Positions 8,361-17,205 are shown, counted from the stretch's first letter. The stretch: DNA of 32,000 nt from Vulcanisaeta distributa DSM 14429 (GCF_000148385.1 NC_014537.1:360001-392000), one strand, 5' to 3'. The notes: generated by a model not told the origin, from the letters alone. Translations and numbers: made by a program.

Positions 8361-9526
8361 GCAGGCCAACAATACTTGGTTATGTGAGACCGGATGGTAA
8401 GGTTGGTATTAGGAATTACTTGCTCGTGATGTCGACTGTCGTGTGCTCAAGCTTCGTAACCCGCAGAATTGCCGACCAGGTGCAGGGCGCCGTGGCTATT
8501 GAGAACCCATTCGGTTGCGGTCAACTTGAGCCTGACCTTGAAATTACTAAGAGGACGCTGATTGGTATGGCTAAGAATCCAAACGTGGGCGGTGTCCTAG
8601 TCGTTGGCCTTGGATGTGAGCAGATTCAAGCTGATGATTTGGTCAAGGAGATTGAGAAGACGGGTAAGCCTGTGGAGAAGGTCGTAATTCAGGAGGTTGA
8701 TGGTGGGACCCCAGCGGCGATTGAGAGGGGTGTTACGTTACTTAGGAAGATGGCTGAGGAGGTGCTTTCGCAGAGGCCTGAGGAGGTTGACGTATCAAAC
8801 CTAGTCATGGGCGTTGAGTGCGGAGGGTCAGACGCAACCTCCGGGTTAGCGGCTAACCCGGTTGTTGGCTATGCATCTGATAAATTAGTTGATCTCGGTG
8901 GCACAGTAATACTCTCCGAAACCCCTGAAATGATCGGTGCCGAGGATATACTTGCCAAGAGGGCTGTGTCTAAGGAGGTTGGTGATAAAATAGTTAGGGT
9001 CGTTAAGAGGTGGGTTGACTTAGCCGCGTCCTACGGCGTTGACCTGGTTGGTACACAGCCATCGCCGGGTAATATCGCTGGTGGTTTATCGACAATTGAG
9101 GAGAAGTCCTTAGGCGCCATAATTAAGGGTGGTTCCAGGCCAATACAGGGTGTTGTTGACTATGCCGAGGAGGTGAGGGATAAGGGCTTATGGATAATGG
9201 ACACACCTGGTTACGACATAATGTCCGTGGTCGGCATGGTGGCTGGCGGCGCCACCCTAGTCGTATTCACCACCGGCCGCGGGACGCCAACGGGTAACCC
9301 AATAGCACCCGTGATTAAGGTCACGGCAAACCCATACACGGCTAAGAAAATGCATGAGAACATAGACTTCGATGCAAGCACCGTGACCCTCGGCCAGGAA
9401 ACCATTGAACAGGCTGGTGAGAGATTGTTCAAGCTCATAATTGACGTGGCCAGGGGCAAGCCGACGAGGGCTGAATTGCTCGGGTTTAGGGAGTTCGTGA
9501 TACACAAGATAATACCATCATTCTAA
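8357..9526 (+). CDS. uxaA: UxaA-family sugar-acid dehydratase, large subunit
   Basis: The N-terminus GYVRPDGKVGIRNYLLVMSTVVCS, GLGCEQ and the remainder are typical of the UxaA/GarD C-terminal domain. The split two-ORF form is translationally coupled. Confidence 0.85.
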   Translation: MSRPTILGYVRPDGKVGIRNYLLVMSTVVCSSFVTRRIADQVQGAVAIENPFGCGQLEPDLEITKRTLIGMAKNPNVGGVLVVGLGCEQIQADDLVKEIEKTGKPVEKVVIQEVDGGTPAAIERGVTLLRKMAEEVLSQRPEEVDVSNLVMGVECGGSDATSGLAANPVVGYASDKLVDLGGTVILSETPEMIGAEDILAKRAVSKEVGDKIVRVVKRWVDLAASYGVDLVGTQPSPGNIAGGLSTIEEKSLGAIIKGGSRPIQGVVDYAEEVRDKGLWIMDTPGYDIMSVVGMVAGGATLVVFTTGRGTPTGNPIAPVIKVTANPYTAKKMHENIDFDASTVTLGQETIEQAGERLFKLIIDVARGKPTRAELLGFREFVIHKIIPSF

Positions 9527-9527
9527 A

Positions 9528-9926
9528 TCAAAGTAGTAATTGTTCAGTTTCCTTAAGCGTCCCCCTAACTATATCAACCTCAAGGCCCAGCGCCTCTAAC
9601 GCAGTGACCCCAAGCACATTAATGTCCCCTTCCTCACCGAAGATCACGGTTACGGCACCCCTCCTACCCATAACCTCAATGATCGCACCACCAACATTCC
9701 TCTCAACATAACCACCAAAGGCCAAGAACCTCCTTTTCTCAAGTGGCTTGATCCCTATTGAGTTTAGGAATGACGATGCTATTACAGAGTAAACAGCCCC
9801 AGTATCCACAATTCCATCAACATCAACGTACCTACTCATGTCCGCTGGATTATAAACCCTAAATTTAACCCTAACAATACCCATCAAATACGCATTGATA
9901 CGGCAACTTTTAAACCTACCCATCAC
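9528..9926 (-). CDS. Retropepsin-like (clan AA) aspartic protease, single domain
   Basis: The active-site motif VDTGAVYSVI sits in a protein of about 120 aa. The real start may be ATG 9884 (MGIVRVKFRV...), which would remove the overlap with the upstream dehydrogenase gene. Confidence 0.65.
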   Translation of the reverse strand: MMGRFKSCRINAYLMGIVRVKFRVYNPADMSRYVDVDGIVDTGAVYSVIASSFLNSIGIKPLEKRRFLAFGGYVERNVGGAIIEVMGRRGAVTVIFGEEGDINVLGVTALEALGLEVDIVRGTLKETEQLLL

Positions 9927-10806
9927 TAATACCAGCCATCTCGTAATATAACTTCAACAAGGCCTGAGTCCCCTTCTCACCCAGCCCCTTGGCTACTAAG
10001 GCGTTGTATAGTTGTAGTGTTAATGCCGTGCCTGGGAGTGGCACGTTGAGCCTATTGGCGGTTTCGAGGGCGTACCTTAAGTCCTTCTTTAGGTGGGCAG
10101 CCCTAAACCCTGGTTCGAAGTCGCCCTTCATCATCTTCGGCATGTAGTATTGTACTGTGAATGAGTTTGCGGCCCCGGTGGATAGTACTGTGAATAACTT
10201 TTCCATGTCGATGCCCGCTTTCCTGGCGAGTGCCATTGCCTCGGCTACGGCTAGCATGTCAATACCAACGACTATTTGATTGAGAAGCTTGAGCATCTGC
10301 CCATTACCAACATCGCCGGCGTATATTATCGTCTTACCCATTGCCTGGAGTATTGGTTTTACCTTCTCAAAGACCTCATACTTACCGCCGACCATTATTG
10401 TTAATGTGCCCTGCCTAGCCCCAATATCGCCGCCCGTCACCGGTGCGTCTAGGAATTCAATGCCGTACTTACCCAACTCCCTGGCGAAGTATCTGGCGTG
10501 GTCAGGGGAGTTCGTGCTCATGTCAATGACTATAAGCCCTGGGTGGGCGCCATGGACAACACCATTAGGGCCCAGCAGGACCTCCTCCACATCCGGCGCG
10601 TCTGTAACCATGTCAATTACGACGTCTGATTTCTCAGCAACCTCCCTGGGGCTCTCGGCGACGGGAATACCGAGCTTTGCGAAGGGCTCTGTCTTTGACT
10701 TGGTCCTGTTATAAACAATTAGTGGGAAGCCGGCCTTATGGATGTTCATGGCCATGGCACTACCCATTATACCAAGCCCTATGAAACCCACCCTAAGTCT
10801 CTCCAT
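9916..10806 (-). CDS. NAD(P)-dependent 3-hydroxyisobutyrate / tartronate-semialdehyde reductase family oxidoreductase
   Basis: The N-terminal Rossmann motif GFIGLGIMGSAMA, the length and overall similarity fit the HIBADH / 6PGDH-NAD-binding family. Confidence 0.8.
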   Translation of the reverse strand: MERLRVGFIGLGIMGSAMAMNIHKAGFPLIVYNRTKSKTEPFAKLGIPVAESPREVAEKSDVVIDMVTDAPDVEEVLLGPNGVVHGAHPGLIVIDMSTNSPDHARYFARELGKYGIEFLDAPVTGGDIGARQGTLTIMVGGKYEVFEKVKPILQAMGKTIIYAGDVGNGQMLKLLNQIVVGIDMLAVAEAMALARKAGIDMEKLFTVLSTGAANSFTVQYYMPKMMKGDFEPGFRAAHLKKDLRYALETANRLNVPLPGTALTLQLYNALVAKGLGEKGTQALLKLYYEMAGISDG

Positions 10807-10899
10807 ACAGGTAATTCAAGGTGCACCACTTAATAATCATTGCCTATAACTTGTTTAAATGGAATCATTATTTAAAGGCGCATTTGATAAGTCGGTAAT

Positions 10900-11889
10900 G
10901 TGAGGCTTGTTAGGGTTGAGGATGCGATTGGGCAGGTGCTTGGCTATGACACGACCTACGTGGGTAGGGATGGGGCAACGGTATTACTGCCCAGGGGCCA
11001 CGTGATCACTAGGGATGATGTTGAGAAGCTGAAGGACTCTGGCGTCTACTTTGTCTGGGTTGAGGGTAATGAGGAATCGAGCGACTTAATGTATGAGTGG
11101 GAGATTGCCGAAACAGTGGCTAGGGCGGTGGCTGGGGAGAATACGTACATCAAACCAGCTAGGCAGGGCTCGGCTTGGATCATGTCCAGCGTTAATGGTG
11201 TGCTTAAGGTCGATATACACGGCTTAACCGAGCTAAACCTGGGTGGTAACGTTCTCCTGATTACTAGGCAGGGCATGAGTGGTGTTGTTAAGGATGAATT
11301 GGTTGGTATTATTGACGTGATACCGCTCAGCATGAGGAGGAGCGAGGTTGAGGAATTACTGAGGTATAGGAATTTAATTAGTGTCGTGCCGTTTAGGAGG
11401 AGGAAGATTGGCATTGTCATCACGGGTACTGAGATTTACCAGGGTAGGAAGAGGGACCTTTACTACCCAGTGATTAAGGCTAGGGCCGATAAATACGGCT
11501 GGGAAGTGACATTCAACACAGTGGTGCCTGATGACGAGGATAAAATAATGAATGCCGTGAAGGAAGCCATAAGCAATGGTGTGGAGGCCATAGTGATTAC
11601 AGGTGGTATGTCCGTGGACCCAACGGATAAGACACCAAATGCAATAAGGAGACTCGGGGCTAGGGTCATAGCCTATGGAGTGCCCATTAAACCGACCACA
11701 ATGACCATGATAGCCATGCTCGATAATACACCAATACTCGCAATCTCCGCCGGAGGAATATACTACAGCGACTACAACGCCATTGACATATTCCTACCAA
11801 GACTAATGGCAGACCTAATACCAAGTAGGGAGGAAATAGCTGCAATGGGCCACGGAGGAATACTGCCGAATTACAGGCCCCATCATTAA
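10900..11889 (+). CDS. Molybdopterin-binding (MoaB/MogA/MoeA-type MoCF) domain protein
   Basis: GTG start. The C-terminal half has the MoCF-biosynthesis fold pattern (IGIVITGTEI...VITGGMSVDPTDKT). The N-terminal domain is unassigned. Confidence 0.6.
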   Translation: MRLVRVEDAIGQVLGYDTTYVGRDGATVLLPRGHVITRDDVEKLKDSGVYFVWVEGNEESSDLMYEWEIAETVARAVAGENTYIKPARQGSAWIMSSVNGVLKVDIHGLTELNLGGNVLLITRQGMSGVVKDELVGIIDVIPLSMRRSEVEELLRYRNLISVVPFRRRKIGIVITGTEIYQGRKRDLYYPVIKARADKYGWEVTFNTVVPDDEDKIMNAVKEAISNGVEAIVITGGMSVDPTDKTPNAIRRLGARVIAYGVPIKPTTMTMIAMLDNTPILAISAGGIYYSDYNAIDIFLPRLMADLIPSREEIAAMGHGGILPNYRPHH

Positions 11890-12317
11890 ACGGTAATGCC
11901 AAGTGCATTAAATACGCTAGTCACTATGTCCCTAGCCCTATGCGCCATGGACAAAGCCCTCGCGGCAATCTCACGGTTATAAATCATTCCAGGTGTTAAG
12001 CCAGCCGTCGGCTCACCATAGGTCGAGCGTGCATGCTCAGCAGCTAACTCATGGCTCATCCTGGCTAATTCAATGATCAACTCCTTAACACTACCTGGTA
12101 CTTGACTTATGATGCTCATTAATTGGTTTAATGGATCGTGGCTCCATGTTGGTACCTGGTAAATCGCAATAATGGCCTTCGCAAAATTCTCAACCGCCAA
12201 TTGTGAAGAATGTACACAACCGGCCCAATCATCAAGCTCATAATACCTCTCGGCCCTACTTAAATGCTCGTTAGCTAACTCATATCTATATTTAACTTCA
12301 TTCATTGGGTCTATCAT
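11886..12317 (-). CDS. HEPN-domain protein, putative toxin partner of the upstream MNT
   Basis: All-alpha protein of 143 aa with a HEPN-like pattern (AERYYELDDWAGCVHSSQLAVENFAKAII ... EHARSTYGEP). It overlaps the nucleotidyltransferase gene by 4 nt. Confidence 0.7.
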   Translation of the reverse strand: MIDPMNEVKYRYELANEHLSRAERYYELDDWAGCVHSSQLAVENFAKAIIAIYQVPTWSHDPLNQLMSIISQVPGSVKELIIELARMSHELAAEHARSTYGEPTAGLTPGMIYNREIAARALSMAHRARDIVTSVFNALGITV

Positions 12318-12775
12318 ATTATCCTAACCCTCTCTAGGGGCTTTGGCAATACCCAATAGTAGGCTTTACCATCTCTAATCCTCCTGAGGCCGCTCTCAAC
12401 TATCCTGCGCCTAACTTGTTCTAGGAATTCGTTCAATTTGCCTGTCCTGTCCAGGAGGACCATGGCGTCCCAGTAAATGTTTAGTAATAATGGCGTGATA
12501 ATACCTGGGTTGAGGAACTCGTTAATGTCCATATCAATGACTGTCAATGGATAATCACGAAGTAGGGCGCTAATGGCCAGGTAAACAGCCCTCCTCCGCT
12601 TAACACGGTCGATCCTACCCAAGCCGCTGTGAAGCACCAGTAAATCAACGTCACTATACTCATCAGCCTCACAACGGGCCAGGGAACCAAAGAGGAGCAC
12701 GGCCATGAAACTACCACCCACTAACCTGCTTAGCTTAGCCCTCACGTCATTGATGACGGCTTGGCAGTTAATCAT
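12314..12775 (-). CDS. Minimal nucleotidyltransferase (MNT, Pol-beta superfamily), putative antitoxin
   Basis: Carries the motif LFGSLARCEADEYSDVDLLVL (GS-x10-D-x-D). Confidence 0.8.
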   Translation of the reverse strand: MINCQAVINDVRAKLSRLVGGSFMAVLLFGSLARCEADEYSDVDLLVLHSGLGRIDRVKRRRAVYLAISALLRDYPLTVIDMDINEFLNPGIITPLLLNIYWDAMVLLDRTGKLNEFLEQVRRRIVESGLRRIRDGKAYYWVLPKPLERVRII

Positions 12776-12886
12776 TATCGCGATATTATTGACCTAATCC
12801 TTAAAATCCCTTACGGCCCTACCGGCTAATGATTTTAAGGCATGGTCTTAGGAAGAACGCTTTATAAGTTTAGGTACAAACTATTA

Positions 12887-13372
12887 ATGAATGACATGGA
12901 GGAATTGATTAGAATGGCTGAGGAACGTGGCATAGATGTTGAGGACTTAATAATAAATGCCATAAGGAGTAGAAGCAAGGATCCATTAGAGTCAATACGA
13001 TTAAGGATTGAGTTGGCCAGAAAATTTATTACAGAAGCTAGGGAAAGGCTAAACACTGGTGATTCAATACAGGCCAGTGAGAAGGCATATAAGGCGGCTG
13101 AGGAGGTTGTTAAGGCCTTGGCCGAGAAATTCAACATACCCGAGTATCAGCAAGCAATTAAGGAGGGCAGGTGGTATACCCATCAATTAAGTTCCGCAGC
13201 TAGTAAGCTATCAAGGACATTAGGTAATTGGGTATTAAACGGCTGGAGTAGTGCATACCTACTTCATGTCTGGGGTTTCCACGAGGCCAAGTTGAGCGCT
13301 GATGACATAGTTGGTTATGTCAATGAGGTTGAGAGAATGGTTAAGGAGGCCGAGAAGTTATTAACGCATTAA
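12887..13372 (+). CDS. PaREP1/PaREP8-family protein (paralog 1)
   Basis: The track ORF starts at 12842. ATG 12887 (MNDMEELIRMAEERGIDVEDL...) aligns with the start of paralog 15248..15727, which it closely resembles along its whole length. It shares the motif QASEKAYKAAEE..KALAE and HVWGFHEAK. Confidence 0.75.
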   Translation: MNDMEELIRMAEERGIDVEDLIINAIRSRSKDPLESIRLRIELARKFITEARERLNTGDSIQASEKAYKAAEEVVKALAEKFNIPEYQQAIKEGRWYTHQLSSAASKLSRTLGNWVLNGWSSAYLLHVWGFHEAKLSADDIVGYVNEVERMVKEAEKLLTH

Positions 13373-13432
13373 ATTTGGGATTAAATATGTAAAATAAAGC
13401 ATTTTTAAGGTTGGTCATTAAATGACATAGCC

Positions 13433-14113
13433 GTGGCATTATTTGGTTGGGTTGGGAAGGTGTTATACGTTAACTTAAGTAATGGTAAGATCTGGGTGGA
13501 GACCGTTGGGGAGGATGTTTATGATAAGGTGCTTGGTGGTGAAGGGCTCGCCGCTTACATAATTTACAAGCGCTTCAGGGAGATAAAGGGCCCGCTTGAC
13601 CCATCAAACATTCTCGTGTTCGCATCCGGGCCTTTAACGAGTGATATCATCCCACAGAGTGGTAGGGTGTCTATAGGGTTCATATCGCCATTGACTGGGA
13701 TATGGGGTTCAACCCACGTGGGCACTAGGTTTGCGTATGAATTGAAGAGGGCTGGTCTTGATGCCGTGGTTGTGATGGACAGGGCCGAGAAACCGGTCTA
13801 CATATACATTGAGGAGGGGCAGGCGGACATTAGGGATGCCGGTAAGTACTGGGGTCTCGATATAATAGAGACTGTGAACGCCCTAAGGAGGGACCTTAAC
13901 GACCAGTCAATTAAGGCGTTAGCCATTGGACCCGCTGGGGAGCACTTGGTTGAGTTCTCGACGATAGCGAATGAGGAGGGTATTGGCGGTAGGGCTGGCG
14001 GTGGCGCTGTCATGGGTAGTAAGAACCTAAAGGCTATTGTTGTTAAAGGTACTAGGCCCATTGAGTACGCATATTCTGAGGAATTGAGGAGGTATGTACA
14101 TTGGTGGCTTTAG
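13433..14113 (+). pseudogene. aor: Aldehyde:ferredoxin oxidoreductase, N-terminal domain only (truncated)
   Basis: GWVGKVLYVNLSNG...GGAVMGSKNLKAIVVKG matches the AOR N-terminal domain, which is about 210 aa. The roughly 400-aa tungstopterin/FeS-binding domains are absent, and the ORF stops at TAG 14111..14113. Confidence 0.7.
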
Positions 14114-14704
14114 TTATAAGGACATTGAGGGTGCGCCGCCGCATAGGCTCGTTAAGGAGTACGGCATGATGCAAATAAGCTTTGGGAAAATCTGAAGAAT
14201 TTCCTTGAGTATATCGTGCCGCTTGCTGAGCAGAGGGGTGTTTACCTGGCTATGCATCCTGATGATCCGCCAATACCTGAGTTTAGGGGTGTGCCTAGGA
14301 TCATGAATAGTGTTGAGTCCTTCGAGAAGTTGGTTAGCCTTGTTAGGAGCGAGCATAATGGCATTACCTTCTGCATGGGTAATTTCACGCTCATGACTGA
14401 TGACGTGCCTGGAGCCGTTAGGAGGTTGAAGGATAGGATTTACTTCGTCCACTTCAGGGATGTGAAGGGTGATAGGTATAATTTTGTTGAGACATTAATT
14501 GGTGAGGGTAAGACTGACCTAGTCGGAGCCGCCAGGGCGATGCTTGAGATAGGTCATGAATGGTATATAAGGGTTGATCGCACACCAACTCTTGAGGGTG
14601 ACACCGAATTGGGTGCCGCGGGCTATAATTACCTCGGTAGGCTCTACACGATTGGTTATATTAAGGGTTTGTTCACGGCCGTGGCTAAGCAAATGAATAA
14701 ATGA
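14114..14704 (+). pseudogene. uxuA: Mannonate dehydratase, C-terminal half only (truncated, probably also frameshifted near its 5' end)
   Basis: [46 protein letters not shown]...RIYFVHFRD matches the C-terminal part of UxuA. There is no N-terminal half. A UxuA-like YKDIEG at 14115 is in a different frame. Confidence 0.65.
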
Positions 14705-14729
14705 TTAGGTATTAAGTTGTTAAAATTTA

Positions 14730-15206
14730 TTAAATTCTATTCTTCAATCTATCCCTTATGAAGTTAATAACCTCGACTACGTCCTTCCTTACCAATTCCT
14801 CGCTTGAGTACCTCGACACTTCGCTATCTCTATCAAGACCGTTGTACTGAAATTCGTGCAAATTTAGAGCTATTTCTACGTAGAGCCTGAGCTCCTTATC
14901 GCCTATTATTGAGGCCACTTCCCTGAGCCTTGAGCTTGGCATAACGGCTATTAACCAATCAACCCTATCAACCACCTTATTCGGACCCAACCTCCTAACA
15001 CCTGGATAATGCTTCGTTAATTCCTCCCTATAATCAACGGCTAGCCCGGCTACGTAGGCCTTAATAGCCTGAAATGCCTTACCAGCCGCATTTCTTAATA
15101 ACCCATTCTGAAGAAATCTCTCGGCAAGTTCGGCTTCGTAGAACGCCTCCCTGAACCTATCCTCCTGGTACCTCCTTGCGTCTATCCAGGGCTTTGTAAC
15201 CTCCAT
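14730..15206 (-). CDS. PaREP1-like protein (paralog 2, divergent subtype)
   Basis: All-alpha protein of 158 aa with AELAERFLQNGLLRNAAGKAFQAIKAYVAGLA, the same helix motif as the other three paralogs. It lies in tandem with 15248..15727. Confidence 0.65.
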   Translation of the reverse strand: MEVTKPWIDARRYQEDRFREAFYEAELAERFLQNGLLRNAAGKAFQAIKAYVAGLAVDYREELTKHYPGVRRLGPNKVVDRVDWLIAVMPSSRLREVASIIGDKELRLYVEIALNLHEFQYNGLDRDSEVSRYSSEELVRKDVVEVINFIRDRLKNRI

Positions 15207-15247
15207 GAATACTCAGCAGTATAGTCGGTGCAGGTTAAATTAAATCC

Positions 15248-15727
15248 TTAGGTCCCGAGGGCCTTCTTGGTGTTTGTTACTAGGTTTTCAACGAGCCTTA
15301 GGTAATTCGATAAGTCACCCACGCTAAACTTAGCCTCATGAAAGCCCCAGACATGAAGTACGTAGCCAGCTGCCCAACCCGTCGCAACCCAATCACCAAG
15401 TATTGAGGCAAGGGTGTTACTAGCCATGCCGAGTAGATACGTGTACCACCGACCCTCCTTAATAGCCTGCTGGTGCTCAGGTATATTATATCTCTCGGCT
15501 AGAGCCTTGATGCACTCCTCAGCGGCTTTATATGCCTTCTCGCTGGCTTGCACGGCATCACCCTTCCTCACATATTCCTTAGCCTCATTTAGATATTTCT
15601 CGGCGAGTTCAAGCCTAATCCTAATAGCGGTTGATGGGTCGCTCCTGCCAATGGCGCTTATTAAGAGATCAATTATGTCTATACCCTTTTCCTCGGCCGC
15701 CTTAATTAACTCCTCGGGTATTTCCAT
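15248..15727 (-). CDS. PaREP1/PaREP8-family protein (paralog 3)
   Basis: Aligns over its full length with 12887..13372 (GIDIIDLLISAI..., QASEKAYKAAEECIKALAERYNIPEHQQAIKEGRWYT, HVWGFHEAK). Confidence 0.75.
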   Translation of the reverse strand: MEIPEELIKAAEEKGIDIIDLLISAIGRSDPSTAIRIRLELAEKYLNEAKEYVRKGDAVQASEKAYKAAEECIKALAERYNIPEHQQAIKEGRWYTYLLGMASNTLASILGDWVATGWAAGYVLHVWGFHEAKFSVGDLSNYLRLVENLVTNTKKALGT

Positions 15728-15751
15728 TATGCAATTTTTAAATCCCTATTT

Positions 15752-16580
15752 TTATTTACCTAACTTTATCACCGGCGTTCTTTGCGTCCCTAGCTTTGTT
15801 ATTGATATTTCGACTATGTCGCCATGAATTAGGGTTATGGGTCTTGGTGGTATTATTGCTGTCCCTGTTGATAGTAATGTTCAGTCAGGAACAGTATTAT
15901 TCCTGATTAAATACTTTATTTGTTCCTCAATTTTTCCTCCTCATCTTAGACGTGCTTATGCTACCCTCAAATATTACTGAGCCACCCCTTATTATCCTCA
16001 TGCTGATGGTTAAGTTGTATGGATTACCAACCTCATCAGGCGTCACTAGGAATGGCCCAATGGCGCAGGATCCATTATAAATCTTCGACTGTGGCAGGTA
16101 AAGTAGGTTTTGAGCCTCCAAGTCCCTTGCCGATACATCGTCACTAATTGTATAAGCCAATACTTTACCGCTTGAGTCTATCACAACGCCAAGTTCAGGC
16201 TCAGGTAGTGTCCACTCAGAGTCGCTCCTGATGGTTATTGGTTCGCCATGGCCAACGCACCTATTTGCCGTGCCCTTAAAGAAGATCTCCGGCCTCTCCG
16301 CATCGTAAACAAGCTCATATATTGTCCTTCCTCTTATCATGGCCACGTCCTCCTCACTATACCTAGCCCTGGCAACCTCATAGACTATACCGCTATCCCA
16401 CACCTCTAATGGGTCGTAAGGCTTCGTGAACCTAAGCCCCCTATACGTGTAATCCCTAGCCAATAACTCATTAACGTTGATATTAACCTCAGGGCCAAGT
16501 GGTACCTCCTTACCTTCTGAGTGGAGTTTTAGTGCTGTGATTGGGTCGCTTAGTAATACGTAAACCCTGTCATTAATCAT
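15752..16580 (-). pseudogene. kdaD: 2-keto-3-deoxy-pentonate dehydratase (KdaD-type, FAH family), disrupted by one frameshift and one in-frame TGA
   Basis: Track ORF 15927..16580 ends ...SKMRRKN*. Removing one A from the A5 run (15931..15935) gives MRRKIEEQIKYLIRNNTVPD, then TGA at 15881..15883, then TLLSTGTAIIPPRPITLIHGDIVEISITKLGT... to TAA 15752..15754. The whole reading is collinear with the Sulfolobus KdaD family, as recalled from memory. Confidence 0.7.
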
Positions 16581-16728
16581 TACGAAGTTCCCTACCTAAC
16601 CACCGTTGATGAGTCTGAAGATTTTCATACATTCACTATGAATTTCAGAGCCATTTATGCATTATATATAACATGGTTTAATTGCGTGATGCGTTAAGCT
16701 AATTTTCTGCCACCATTACCTTTACCTA

Positions 16729-17199
16729 ATGCAGAGCCTATTGGAATTATTAAGTGAGATTGCCAAGAAGAGGGACTTAAGCCCTGAGCTCTATTTGGCT
16801 GAGTTAATAAGTAGGGATTTAGATCCTAAGGATCGGGTAAGTATTTATTTGAAGATTCACAGTGAATTACTTAACGAGGCTGAGAAGGAATACGCGGATA
16901 ATGACCTTGTGCAGGCCGGCGAGAAGTATTGGGGTGCCGTGGTGGCGTTACTTAATGCCATTGCCGAATTAAAGGGTTGGGAGCACTTCAGTCATAGGGA
17001 TTATGCAATAATAATTGAGAGGCTCGCTGATGAGTTTAATGACGATGAATTAAGGACCTTATTTGACTCCGTAGAGAAACTTCATGCAAATTTTTACCAT
17101 AACTTTCTTGATAGGAGTGGCTTTAATTTACGTAGAGATAGGGCCCTTGCACTTATTAAAAGACTGAGTGAGTACATGGCAAGGTTAAAGGGTGACTAA
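16729..17199 (+). CDS. PaREP1-like protein (paralog 4, divergent subtype)
   Basis: All-alpha protein of 156 aa with the motif QAGEKYWGAVVALLNAIAE and LHANFYHNF. Confidence 0.6.
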   Translation: MQSLLELLSEIAKKRDLSPELYLAELISRDLDPKDRVSIYLKIHSELLNEAEKEYADNDLVQAGEKYWGAVVALLNAIAELKGWEHFSHRDYAIIIERLADEFNDDELRTLFDSVEKLHANFYHNFLDRSGFNLRRDRALALIKRLSEYMARLKGD

Positions 17200-17205
17200 T
17201 GATTA

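Noticed and set aside
10280-10714. Long antisense or out-of-frame ORFs inside confident genes (10280..10714, 11046..11423, 18617..19246, 24037..24375, 24251..24631, 26436..26705, 28267..28620, 31370..31849 and others)
   Set aside because: Each lies entirely within a gene that has clear family motifs on the other strand or frame. The compositions are typical of shadow frames.
15881-15935. Programmed +1 frameshift or transcriptional slippage as the explanation for the broken kdaD
   Set aside because: The A5 run could support slippage, but the corrected frame hits an in-frame TGA 16 codons later. Two independent lesions favour a pseudogene or sequencing error over recoding.
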